DNA of 64,000 nucleotides from Tubiluchus corallicola (lineage: Eukaryota; Animalia; Priapulida): assembly GCA_030141605.1 (NCBI GenBank), contig JAQGDQ010000167.1, forward strand, positions 335,877-399,876. The letters run 5' to 3'. Of this stretch, positions 51,659 to 64,000 are shown in pieces (position 1 is the stretch's first letter; every line of letters begins with the position of its first letter). The notes below the pieces were generated by a model. It was not told where the DNA came from. It made no database searches and was given only the letters and a program-made list of their open reading frames with translations. Position numbers and translations under genes: made by a program.

Positions 51659-52000
51659 AGGCTTATTCGCGAACATTGCTAGAAGGATTTAGTAACAAGA
51701 CTACAATAAGCACTTCGCGTAACGAGTAAAATCAATTTAAATTCACGATCACTTCATGTTTGGCCGCTCCCATTTTCAATGCCCATTCTTCTTCCAATGA
51801 CGTCTTTCGTCTTGAAGGAAAGTAGAACAATGTCAATCTTCACCAAAAGTATAATAAGTTCTTATAAAAAAATCAGGTAACTAATTTTGTAATATCTTTG
51901 CGTGAACATTAGGTAAACTGCGGAAGTTTAAGCAGCGCGCTTACGGAAAATCACGACGACTTACGAAGTCTCCCAGTTACGTCATGATTTTCCGGCAACC
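51659..52000. mobile_element. Diverged DNA-element pair, possibly PIF/Harbinger-like; partner inverted at 58845-59208
   Basis: Shared ctaattttgt.atat.t.tgcgtgaa.attagg and gcgcttacg..aa.tcacga blocks; TAGGCTTATT terminus in both. Confidence 0.5.
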
Positions 52001-52225
52001 ACCATTTTAGATATAAATCTAGTTAAACTGCTTAGACTACAATTATGAATATTTGTTAGATGACAACAGGCATTTCCTGCAATTTTGTAGCTTTTAGTAT
52101 AATTGTAATTTTTCCTCTATATTAGAAATGAAAACTACAGCACATGTAAGTAGTTGTTTCGAATGGTGACAAAAAATTATCAAGAGATAAAGCTATAATG
52201 CTCAGCCACTTAAACGAGGTCTACC

Positions 52226-52650
52226 AAGGGCTGGATTACCCTATAGGTTAGTATAGACTGCAGCCTAGGGCACTGAAGTTTCAGGTCCTATACTTTGCAT
52301 TGCCAAATAATTCATAAAACTTAAAATGAAATTTCAACTTTAAAGAGGCGGCCAGGAAGTTTGAAAATCCCATTTTAAAGTGGCTCCTCATTTGAGATAA
52401 AGGGTCCCTGTTTGAGGTCTTTTATTTCAGACAAAAGGCCCTTGTTGGAGACCCTTTATTTGAAATAAAGGCCCCTCTTTGAAGCCCCTTTATTTGAAAA
52501 TTGGGCGCCCAGCTATGCAAATGTTGCTGAAGGTTATCACAAGTAAAAAAAATTCGAGACGAGTGCAAACAAATTAGAAAGTGGCTCCGTCTGACGGGCC
52601 CCATAACTTCATTAGCCTAGGGGCCCCCAAAAGGTCATAATCCAGTGTTG
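52226..52650. mobile_element. hAT MITE with a perfect 8-bp target-site duplication
   Basis: GGTCTACC at 52218-25 and 52651-58; TIR core CTGGATTA/TAATCCAG. Confidence 0.85.
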
Positions 52651-53342
52651 GGTCTACCATAACAACAACAACAACAACAAAAACCACCACCACAGCAACA
52701 AAGACGACAACACCGACAGCGACAATGCTAACGTGAGCTAAAGCCACAGCAACAATAACAACGCCAGCCATAGCGATAGCTACAGAACTGCGGCAACAAA
52801 AACTTTGACCGTGTACATATAGTATTCTAGACAAGCTCGTGAAAATGAATTCTCTCTGCTGAACAAACTTTTCTAGCAAAATCTGACAAGACTTAAGAAG
52901 GAACAGTGTCACCTTCCAAAACAAGGCTGCCATGAAATGTTATGCATCAAATCTATCATGCAGTCTGTCTCATTAGACATGTATCCTACTTCAGTTATTA
53001 GAACTTCAAGGGCGAAGCTAATCTATGCCTCTTGACAGAGCAAATAATTAGATCACCTACTTTAATAATATTTCAAAGCTGTAAAAACTGTTTGAATTCA
53101 TACCGATGGGTAAAATTCTACGGCTACTATAATCTTGATGCTTCTAATAATAATCCATTGATTTCTGTTGGATATCTGGCTCACTTAAGGGTATAATTAC
53201 ATGTTCATCAGCCATATGTCAAAATATGTTTGGCAGAGGTTAACGGTCAGAGTCCGAAAACAACTGTAAAGTTTACTTTACAGGAAAACCGACTATTAAA
53301 ATTATCATAATAGGATTTTAGTGGTGTCAATTTACTGATTTA

Positions 53343-53551
53343 CCTCTAAAAATTGCAAGAAAACGTTTTTAGGTGTCTTGTCGTAGTATTTGATCCATAG
53401 AATAACATATCCAAATGGCGGCCATCTTTTTTGACGTCATAATTAGGTTCTTTGCAGTGCTAAGTCTAATTTTGGATATGTGGATATGTTATTCTCCGAA
53501 CCAAATACTACGACAAGACACCTAAAAATGTTTTCTTGCAATTTTTTAGGG
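53343..53551. repeat. Fold-back inverted repeat with arms of about 70 bp (MITE-like)
   Basis: Left arm aaaaattgcaagaaaacgtttttaggtgtcttgtcgtagtatttg pairs with right arm caaatactacgacaagacacctaaaaatgttttcttgcaattttt. Confidence 0.88.
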
Positions 53552-53782
53552 TGGACTATGTTTTCCCATTATATTGACTCTACTATTTAAGAATTTAGGC
53601 TGTATGCCAAAATAGCGCAGATAACCCTAATTTGGTATTGCAAAATTGTATGTAGTTTTTTAACTAGAATTAGAAGAAACAATGTAGAAGCCTGTTTGTG
53701 ATGAGTTGTTACAACAAAAATATCCAACCCTTCATTGCTATTGTGTTGATTGCTATTATAAAACCATCGAAAACTCATCAGT

Positions 53783-54487
53783 GAGTTCAAGCATAGGTTT
53801 AATTAGTGAGCATGCTGTACATGTGACAGGAGTTCAAGCATAGGTTTAATTAGTGAGCATGCTGTACATGTGACAGGAGTTTAAGCACAGGTTTAATTAG
53901 TGAGCATGATGTACAAGTGACAGGAGTTCAAGCATAGGTTTAATTAGTGAGCATGCTGTACATGTGACAGGAGTTCAAGCATAAGTTTAATTAGTGAGCA
54001 TGCTGTACATGTGACAGAAGCTCAAGCATAGGTTTAATTAGTGAGCATGCTGTACATGTGACAGGAGTTCAAGCATAGGTTTAATTAGTGAGCATGCTGT
54101 ACATGTGACAGGAGTTCAAGCATAGGTTTAATTAGTGAGCATGCTGCACATGTGACAGGAGTTCAAGCATAGGTTTAATTAGTGAGCATGCTGCACATGT
54201 GACAGGAGTTCAAGCATAGGTTTAATTAGTGAGCATGCTGTACATGTGACAGGAGTTCAAGCATAGGTTTAATTAGTGAGCATGCTGTACATGTGACAGA
54301 AGCTCAAGCATAGGTTTAATTAGTGAGCATGCTGTACATGTGACAGGAGTTCAAGCATAGGTTTAATTAGTGAGCATGCTGTACATGTGACAGGAGTTCA
54401 AGCATAGGTTTAATTAGTGAGCATGCTGTACATGTGACAGGAGTTCAAGCACAGGTTTAATTAGTGAGCATGCTGTACATGTGACAG
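53783..54487. repeat. 47-bp minisatellite, 15 near-identical copies
   Basis: Unit gagttcaagcataggtttaattagtgagcatgctgtacatgtgacag; 705 nt = 15 x 47; no spacers. Confidence 0.96.
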
Positions 54488-55096
54488 GTTGTAAAATCCT
54501 GATGACAGAGGGAGATTCTAGGAGGGCAACTTTTTTGCTGTCTCCGCGCCGCTTCTCTCGAGTAATTGGTTAGAACAGGGGGAGGGGCTGCTTCGCAATG
54601 AGAATTTCCAAGCTGAAATTTCAGGTCTGAAGTTTGCTGACGACTTTTGGTGATCATAGTAGGCGACTTTTGATGATTATAAGTCAGATTGGTGTGCAAA
54701 ATACCAAAATAGCTACGCCTGATCAGTTTAAGTAATTCAAAAGTTATTAGAAGTTAGACGTAAGGGAGTTGTCTCTAACAGATGTGATAATGCTCTAATA
54801 GAGGTTTACCTTGAAAAGCGATTCAAGATTACTTACTATTGAAGTTATATTTTTTAAGCTGCGGATCAAACTTAGTAAGTTCTAATATAGGTGTAGGTTC
54901 GTTTCTTGTTTGAACCATAAATCTAATCCCGTGTTCCTTGTCTGTTCAAAAACGAACCGGTTCAAAATTAGACATAATTGTTCTGTAGAATGGAACTAAT
55001 TATCTACAGTGTGTATGTAATAGCCTTTTATCGTTCTTTTGAAATAGAAAAAATTAATTTCTAAATTACCCGAAAAATTAGGCCATCTATAACAAC

Positions 55097-55668
55097 CAGT
55101 GGCGGTTCGTGTATAGGTACTGAAACACCCCCTATTATCGATAATATTCAATATAATAAGTCTTTTATCATTAGTTCTTTTCCATACTTGTGCAGAACCG
55201 GACCATGTGAGGGAAGTACAAAGCCCAAGCAACGTGGTGTTTGGCTGTTGCGCGCATGCGGCCCTAACACGCTGTACGCTGGCATCTGCTGCTAGGTAGA
55301 AATGTACTGTCTCTAATACAGTAACAGTTGCAATGTGCTTACCTTACCATGTACCGTCATATTGTTGAACGTGATAAAGTGTAAATTTAGCCTGTGTGCT
55401 TAAAACTAAAATTATTTAACAATGGACGCCTTGCATCCCCAAGAAATCAGTTCTGTGACTCTAAGTGAACTACAACAGCTTAATTTTTCACAGTTGTCTC
55501 TCCATGAGAAAGTTACACTTAAGAAAAGAGCCCGTTCAAAACCTGGTCTTCAAATATAACCACTAAATTAAAATTACATATATTTGCTACGTTTTACACA
55601 TATTAAAACAATGGTTAAAAAATTTCTGAAGCAGCACTCCCACTAATTTTTGCTACGAGCAGCCATTG
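55097..55668 (+). mobile_element. hAT deletion derivative retaining a transposase N-terminal stub
   Basis: TIRs CAGTGGCGGTTCGT / ACGAGCAGCCATTG; TSD ataacaac vs ctaacaat (6/8). Internal short ORF ...NFSQLSLHEKVTLKKRARSKPGLQI resembles the start of ZMYM1-like hAT transposases. Confidence 0.7.
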
Positions 55669-57488
55669 CTAACAATTACCTCAGATTACGTTTTCGTTCC
55701 ACTCTTCGGGTATTGTAATTATTGCAGAATCAGCAGAATTCAATTGGATGGAATTGGGACTTCGTTTTTTAATCCTTTTCCGCCGGATCACTTAGACTAT
55801 GAATTTAAATTTCACTAATTTAAATAGAACTTTATCGAATACACAGTGATCTGGCAATGTATTATTTTATATTACACGGAGATCTATAGACAAAGATATA
55901 TTTTTAGCAAAGCACCTTTATCTAGTGTAACCAGGGGTCACCGGGTTTGAAGTTACAGCCCACTCACTGCTGAATTGACTGTTTTAAAAGCCTTTTCTCA
56001 AAGAGAATAATTAAAATTTGGAATCAACTCCCAGAGTTTGTCAGCGATGTTCCCTTGGTCTGTCCTCAGAGTAGCAAAAACGAGCAAAAGATGTAAATCT
56101 TAATAAGCATTTATCTTTTAACAGGCATTTGTAAGTAGCTTGACTCTTTCTGTTTTTATCCGTCATCTTTTGCTAGCCATTTTTATCTGCATCTGTGCTG
56201 TATACACGTTTTATCCTGGTTTTATGTCTTATAATTTCTTGTAAATATTTTGATATTTTTAATAAAGATTACGTATTAAACTAAACTAAATTATTGAACA
56301 AGCAAAAAGCTTGACAAACATGTAACTTGTATAGTAAGAAGTTTAAGTATAATATCGTTTTCATCGCCAGGTGAGAAAATACTTAATCAACTCTACTCAC
56401 TGGTCATCTGAACAGAGCTTTCAGGAACCAAGGTTTTCCATGATGCTGAGGTTCTTTATGAAACAGGTGCATTTTTGCGATAATAACTATGTAAACTATG
56501 TAAATTATACTACAACAACTCGCATAAGCAGTACGACTGCCGACACGACTCGTCGTGGACTTCGAGCAGCTTTGGTGACGAGCAGTCGCGGACACGATGT
56601 TATAAGGACTGTCAAAAATAGATACCATGCCCCATACAGAAAAAAAACCGCAAGATATTCACACCCTTGGTGGCCATTAGCTGACATAGATTGGATTCTT
56701 GAAGGTTTCTGAATGGAAATAATGTCACTTTTCTTCAAGAATTGCGTAATTTTTCCATTTCCGGGGTTAAAAAATTATGTAAGAAACAATAATAATGATT
56801 AAAATATATGTAAAAAAACACATTTGTATCTCGTAGACATGAATGTGTTTTTTGATATTTTAATCATAATTATCGATATCGTATTTATCGATAATTAAAT
56901 ATTAATATCTATTACACCCATAAGCCAAATACTGTTATAGCGTTTTACTTTCATGCTAAATTTGCTCACACAATTCGTTTTCGTCGCGTCGCAGTGAAAA
57001 CTCTGAAGCAGGTGGTGCGCCAATCACTGTGGAAATTAACAAGGATGCACAGGCAAAGTGCAGGTGCCAACGTCACACAGGGGAGACCGATCACCTACAG
57101 ATAATTTATAACTTCGTTCACAGACGCATCCTTAGAAAGAATGTCTGAACCTCTTAATCAAACATTTTCCCGCGATGTCTGTTCGTGCAACAAATTTCTA
57201 TGAGACGTTTTTTTATTTTAGATCAGAAAGAAAGATGACAGATCAAGATACGATTAAGCATCTTCGTTCGAGACAAGCTTGGTTCAACGATATTATTTCT
57301 GAAAAGTCTACTAGGGCAAAGATTTCTTTGTCATAATCGTTGTCATACTTATTTACAGTTATAGTTTTGCAAATTAACCAACGCAGTTCGTTTAAGCACA
57401 TTGCACTAACCATGTGCCAACGCATAGCTCTTAGTAGCTTGTTCGCATAAAGCCGTAATACTATATTTTACTTATGTCACAGTTAAAT

Positions 57489-57680
57489 AAGCGTTTTCAC
57501 AGTTTCGTTGCTCGCACGTGTAGTTGCTGTAGGTCAAAGGTTAAGTGTACCACAGCAACGCGTCTTAACTATAACCGTCACGTGACATTTGGGTAAAGCA
57601 AAGCCGTCTGCCGCATCAGTTCAGTAATTTCAGTTGTTTTACGTGGACTTTGCTTAACTATGCATTAGTCTGTGCGTAGA
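57489..57680 (+). repeat. Short interspersed element, copy 2 (DR1 and E-box)
   Basis: AGGTCAAAGGTTA at 57531-43, GTCACGTGAC at 57577-86; about 190 bp colinear with 60354-60556. Confidence 0.8.
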
Positions 57681-58255
57681 GTGATTTACTAGGAGGATAT
57701 ATTGCTTGGGAACAAGAAAAAATTGAACTAGGTTAGGTTCTAGTTAGCTGTTAAAACTGTTATTATTACAACAGCATAAGCTGCGAGGCGTTGTCAAGGT
57801 AACCCAAGTGCGTTATCTGATACACTTAATTTTTAACCCGTTCACGATCATCGTCAATACTTGGAACTGTGAAAAAGCTTACTGAAATTTTTTTTATACG
57901 GCAATATATAAGCAATGATAAACCTAAATATGACAGATTGCTGCACCGAATAATGAAGCTCCGCCCACCTGACAAAGAACCAACAGGGTTTGCTCATTGC
58001 TGAACACACCATATCCTATTATTATTATTAGGACCTAATATAAACCCGATATCAAAAGAAGTAGTTTTGCAACAGCGGGCACTTTTATTCATCACAAGTT
58101 TACTTCAATTTGGAAAATGCCATTTTTGAATGTGTTAATTACACGCCATCTAAATTTAGACGGCTATTTCTTAAAGTATATCCACGAAGATACATAAATT
58201 CCATTATCCATCCATCCCCCAGTGACCACTGCGTCTTCATCTGCTCGAAATAACG

Positions 58256-58269
58256 GTTACTATGGCAAC
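58256..58269. promoter_or_regulatory. RFX X-box motif
   Basis: GTTACTATGGCAAC matches the 14-bp consensus GTYNCY-AT-RGNAAC and lies in apparently unique sequence. Confidence 0.5.
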
Positions 58270-58844
58270 GGCAGCAGAGAAAGCCGCCTGGTCATTTCCC
58301 AACGTTTATGGTCCGAAAAGTTTGTCGTTTTGTGTATACAGTGGTTATCAAGTAGAACGGACGACATCAGATCTGGCTTCAAAAGTCTAACGTCATTATG
58401 ACTATGGGGAAGCCAAAAGACAAGCTAGTGAAAATTATTAGCTGAAAAACTGATGCTTGTTGATTTTGGCTTGAAGACCGTTGAAGCAAACAACAGATGC
58501 TTATAAATCCACTTTATTTTCTTCTCTTCGGACTTCTTGCCTATGGAATTCTCGAACAGAAATTGTTTTCCGGAAAGCTACAGCCGCACTCGATTCAAGA
58601 AGAACACCAACAGACATTTTTGTCATCAGTAAAAGAACGTGAATTCTATTTCTCAAAGTAGGATAAATTGTGGCGAATTCAAATCTTAAAGGAAAAAAAG
58701 TAACTCAGCATGTTGGGTTTGTTGTACTGTTATCACTTGAACGTAGAAAAATATAATAAAGAAATTTGCAAAAAACTGTAGAAACTAAAGTTAATTTATA
58801 CTGCCTCTGTATATAAACTTTCAGGCAAGGTGGTAGCACCGTAG

Positions 58845-59208
58845 CAGTCATTCACTTGAAAATTATGACGTAAGTCGTAGCTTCGTGACTTTTCGTAAGC
58901 GCATCGTGTCCTATCGTAAGCGAGCGTCGGTTAAAATAATTGAAACTTCTGCATCTAACCTAATATTCACGCAGAAATATGACAAAATTAGCCTTTTCAT
59001 TTTTTGTAAAAACTCCTTACACCTTTGACACCATTGAAGCACGCTGTTTCTCTTAAGTTGACAAACGATTTTATTCGTTTAGAAAAAGAGTTCAAAACGG
59101 CAACATCCAATGATCCCGTTTTGAAGTGATTTTACTAATTAAACGAGGCACTTATCGAACTTTTATTACGAAAACTTTCTAATTATTTCCAGATACTGAA
59201 ATAAGCCT
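58845..59208. mobile_element. Inverted partner of the 51659-52000 element
   Basis: Reverse-complement similarity; ends AATAAGCCTA. Confidence 0.5.
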
Positions 59209-60353
59209 ATCTTCTTAGAAGGATTGACCTTTTCTTGCATAATCTTGGTATCTCACTCACTTTAGCTTTGCAGAACTTTGCAGCTAACTGTCCAAATGCA
59301 GAGCTATCTAAAATATGTGATGTCTCGAGTTGTTTACAATTTTTAATAAAACATATAAATTTTAATTTGAAAAACCCCCTACCATGCCCGTTAAGGCTTT
59401 TCTTGTCTTTGACTTTTTTCCGTTTCATAAGTTTGTTGTAAATTATAAATTTACGGTAAATTCTAGTAACTTTGGAGTAAAGTAAGTTATTCGAAGACAA
59501 GACAATTTAATGAACAATTAACGAGATTATACCTAATCACTAGAGCGAAACTGTTTTTTTATAAAGCCTAAGTCGTTTTATAACTATAAACAAACAATGT
59601 TCAGATTATTGCAAAACTTGGTAAACTTATTGTTGCTCATTGAACATGGGAGTTATAAGTTATAAGTTTATTTATTTCCACTCTGCATCTAACAATTAGA
59701 AATTACAAAATGCAGCATATACATGTGCAAATTACATTACAGAATAATTTTGATGCATACAATTTGAGCCTAAAAGCATAGCTTGACAGGCCGATTCAAT
59801 TCAATCCAATTCTTGATTTTTTCACACACCGTTTGCGGTCGGACAATGTAAATTTAACCCTTATTTACTCGCACCTAACTTTAGAAACTGATTAGCATAA
59901 CGGCGATGTTGAATTTGGTGTTGATAATAAACAGCAACATTTCTAACAAGCAAATAATTCTTGATGACGAGACTAGATACCATTAAAGGGGGAATATCAT
60001 GAAAATCAAGTTAAGCTTATTTTATAGTTGCCTTACCTGTGAACAACGTGGCGAATTCTTTTTAGCAGTACGTTGTCTAATTAATGAGTAATTAACTTTT
60101 TTGTATTTCGCGGGAAACGCCAAAGAGCCGCACTTACGCCTCTTCCGTTAAAAAAATTGAACTAGAGCAGCTCTGCTGATGATGTAGCAGAGTGTACCCG
60201 CAGTTTGTTGTGATACTGTCGTACACAACTGGACAAAAAATAAAGCTGTTATTACTACATTACAGTATTTGACCTTGGGTCGGATAGGTCAGTAGAGCGC
60301 AAACCTCCGTCAAAGCCTTCTCATAATCATAAAGCTGTGGTTAATTTACTATT

Positions 60354-60556
60354 TAAGCCTTTTCACAGTTTCGTTGTGCGCTCGCGCAGTTGCTGTAGGT
60401 CAAAGGTTAAGGGTACCACAGGAACGCGTCTTTTGACTAAGGGTACCAACCGTCACGTGACATTTGAGTAAAACAAAGCCGTCTGCCGCATCAGTTTAGT
60501 AACTTTAGTTGCTTTACATGGACTTAACTTAATTATGCATTAGTCTGTATATAGAG
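60354..60556 (+). repeat. Short interspersed element, copy 3 (DR1 and E-box)
   Basis: AGGTCAAAGGTTA at 60397-60409, GTCACGTGAC at 60452-61. Confidence 0.8.
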
Positions 60557-60624
60557 CGCCAATGGCGTTTTTCTTAATTTAAAAACTTTCATCTTCAGTT
60601 TTAACAATTATCTTTCTTACATTG

Positions 60625-61049
60625 GTGAAAGCGAAAATAGAAGTACAGTGCTACTATAAGCAGTTCAGTGTAATATACAAAAACTCTTTATATAATAAGA
60701 TTAAGATTAAGATGGGCAAGTTTTAAGATAAAAATTCAAAGTTCAAGTTTATCACAGTGCTCACGTATGAGCTGTCGAAGGTATGCAGTACGTCACAAAC
60801 AAACAACTCCGAACTGAGAGGTACAGCACCTGTTTTTGTGCAACGCGTTTGTGAAATGCAGGCGCCAGTCTAACTAACGAATGGCGAAATGCATGTAACA
60901 GCGAAGAGCCAGTGGCGCGAACGCGAAATGCGTTTGTGAGGTAATAATTCTTTCACGTAAGTCATTCTTGAGAAATAGTATATTTCCTTTCAAATTATTT
61001 TGCTCAGAAAGAGCAGATTGTTTTGATCTAGAGTTTAAAATTTGCTCCT
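60625..61049. mobile_element. Kolobok/T2-type MITE family A, right portion
   Basis: Colinear with about 2550-2931; ends CCT-TTAA (TTAA at 61050-53). Confidence 0.75.
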
Positions 61050-61578
61050 TTAAGACAACAATAGTAAATATCAGACTGTTCCTCAGGTAGTGACAGACTT
61101 TGCAAGGTATAGGCCTTGCCTTGAGGTTATTCATGTTAATGCTTTATAGGGTGGTTTAAGAAGCCAGTAATAAGGCTTCTTTAATGCGATATTCGCGTGC
61201 CAAAGTTCCATTTTGGTCATGCCTTTGTTAAGAATTCACTGAAGGAAACAGATTTAAACGAGGCCTATTGACCGAATCAATATATGCACATTTACACAAC
61301 ATGTCTGTCGTGTCTGATGCATTGATCCGGAGCATAAAAACCTGCATACTCCTATTAACGGGGAAACACTTTCGCAAAAACCTTTCAAACATTTTGAATG
61401 CGGGCTGTTCCCTCCTCTGCACGAATCGCTTTCAATGGCGCTTTTCAAGTTATTGGCTGTATACTCGATGTGTTCACAGTTTTCTCACTTTTGAATCGTT
61501 TCAAAAAATCTAGCTAAGCCAAAGGATTACAGTAAACATGCAGCTGGACAACAGTTTGAGTAAGCCTACGTAACGTTT

Positions 61579-61580
<2 letters not shown>

Positions 61581-61655
<75 letters not shown>

Positions 61656-62054
61656 TTTTATTTAAACACGGCTTTTGGGTGCAATTAATATTACCTCAGT
61701 AGAGCTATTATTGCTAACAATAAATAACAAATTACAACTACATAACAGTGACTACTATTGCCCCACTTTTACCTCAATAACACGCGCCGGGCAGGGTAAC
61801 AGCAACTACCAATTTTAACGTCCTTGGTATAACTCGACCGCTGTATCGAACTCACGGCCTCCCGGACGGAAAGTGGACGTGTTACCACCAAACTAAACCG
61901 TCTGGTCTGTGCTTTTCTATAGCACACTTTCATAACTATACACGAATTATATGAAATGTTATAAGTGTAAAGATCAATCTTGACGAAACACGTGAAGCAA
62001 GTCTTGTCTCAGACAAAATTAATGTAACGTCCATCTATAGCAGTTTGTTTTCTG
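61581..62054 (-). mobile_element. tRNA-derived SINE with the same 5' extension, inverted copy
   Basis: Reverse complement aligns to 40165-40672, including about 150 nt upstream of the tRNA-like head; tail appears as (AAT)n on the + strand. Confidence 0.8.
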
Positions 62055-62074
62055 TTAAACTTCATAAATTAAAC

Positions 62075-62760
<686 letters not shown>

Positions 62761-63354
62761 GCTAAATTAGCAGTTCCTGAACAAATGAACAAATTGACAA
62801 AGAGACAAGTGAATAAACTAATCAGAAACTGAACATATGCTTATTGAATGAACGAATGAACACCAAAAGAAAAGTTAAATGAAACAACTGATTGTCCTAA
62901 CAAGGAGACGAACAAGTACACGAATCAGTGCAAAATTAAATAACAAAGAAAAAGACACGCGAACAATTGAAGCAACATGTGAGCGAATGATGAACACAAG
63001 AAAGAATAAACTCAAGCAAACGGTCAAATGAACAGCTGAAAGAATGTGCAAATGAGCATGGAAAGGAACAACAATGGAAATGTAGTACTAAAGAATATGC
63101 GCGCAATTGCAATGGACAAATGTTGCAACAACGAACAGATGGAATAAACAAACTAAACAATAAGTAGTTCGAACCTGGCTGTGACACTTCTGCTGGTTCA
63201 GTGACTCATCTTAGAGGCATAGCCTGCAATGAGTTCGGCTCCGATACTGCAGCAAACATCTAACCGAACAAGACTTGCTGTTGAATGCTGAGTTGCAGCT
63301 TAAAGTGTGCTGAATTGTATTACTAAAAAAGGTGTGAATAAAGGAAAATCTTAA

Positions 63355-63546
63355 AGGGAAACTTTGACTAATATATTTGACTAATTAGCTTAGAAAGTTA
63401 GTTAATGGCAACCGAACACAGCTATTGCTTACGTCAGAAATTTGAATATCTGAGGTAATTATTATTTAATCTAAGCTTTGATTTAAAAAAAGCTATTGTA
63501 GTTTTTTCATTCTGAACTAATGTTTATATAATCGTCCGGTCTTCTT
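63355..63546. mobile_element. Kolobok/T2-type MITE family B, short derivative
   Basis: TTAA-AGGGAAAC start and CTT-TTAA end; matches both ends of 50581-51106. Sits inside a degenerate (GAAT/AAAC) low-complexity tract. Confidence 0.65.
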
Positions 63547-64000
63547 TTAACAGATAAATAAGAAATGAATTAAAACAATAATAAACGAAAAAATGAAGCA
63601 AAAAAGCGTTTCAAAGCAAAAATGAATTAACAAGCACACGAACAAGTGAATGAATAACAGATATGTGAGTGAATGAATGTTTGAAGAGAACGACGAATAA
63701 ATAAATCAAAAGAACAACAGATGAACAAAGAAATAAATGAAAAACAAACAAGTAAACAGATAGACAGTCCAGTGTTGATGCAAGTTGAAAGCGTTGTAGG
63801 CCTCAACATAAATTCCCTTTCTTTAAACAGATACTATTAAAGGCTCATTGTTATGTATATACCAGTAAAATTGGCACTTTAATTCCTTTCTGAAGATTTT
63901 ATAATCATTGTTATACTGAAACAGCCTGGACTACCCGCTGTGACCTCTTCGTAGTTATGATACTGAGACTTTCTTGTAGCGTTAATAATTTAAGCTTTAA

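Noticed and set aside
53805-53828. p53 response element in the 47-bp unit
   Set aside because: The two CATG cores are 5 nt apart rather than the canonical 6, and the flanks fit poorly.
53783-54487. CRISPR-like array
   Set aside because: Head-to-tail identical units with no unique spacers, no cas genes, and a eukaryotic intron context. The same applies to 30540-30845.
56371-56712. 113-aa ORF
   Set aside because: Non-ATG start, no recognisable domain and no convincing splice context.
60032-60039. Recursive splice site (cag|gtaag on the minus strand) in the large intron
   Set aside because: Weak polypyrimidine tract, located in a probable transposon end, and one such 8-mer in 31 kb is near chance expectation.

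Overview
AT-rich genomic DNA from an invertebrate animal; the Kv4 C-terminus is partly protostome-like, but the species cannot be determined from sequence alone. Left to right: (1) an intronless class A GPCR (49-1011, +) with a DLY instead of DRY motif; (2) a large terminal coding exon (5937-8518, +) that I recognise from memory as the last exon of DDX20/Gemin3, which would place the GPCR inside a DDX20 intron on the same strand; (3) an intronless 773-aa coiled-coil gene (13110-10789, -) resembling the synaptonemal-complex protein SIX6OS1/C14orf39; (4) five coding exons of a Kv4/Shal (KCND) channel (33149 to 23320, -), whose pore-splitting intron runs from 33150 beyond the window end (>30.8 kb). 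Introns contain Kolobok/T2-type, hAT, EnSpm and Tc1-like non-autonomous elements, LINE fragments, SINEs and satellites. Most notable: an array of 11 tandem splice acceptors in front of a Kv4 exon, where every acceptor but the last leads to an in-frame stop; a convergent DDX20-KCND pair matching human DDX20-KCND3; a pentanucleotide microsatellite that steps through single substitutions back to its starting motif; and an RFX X-box followed by a signal-peptide-like small ORF antisense within the Kv4 intron. All homology calls are from recalled sequences, not database searches, and need BLAST/HMM confirmation.
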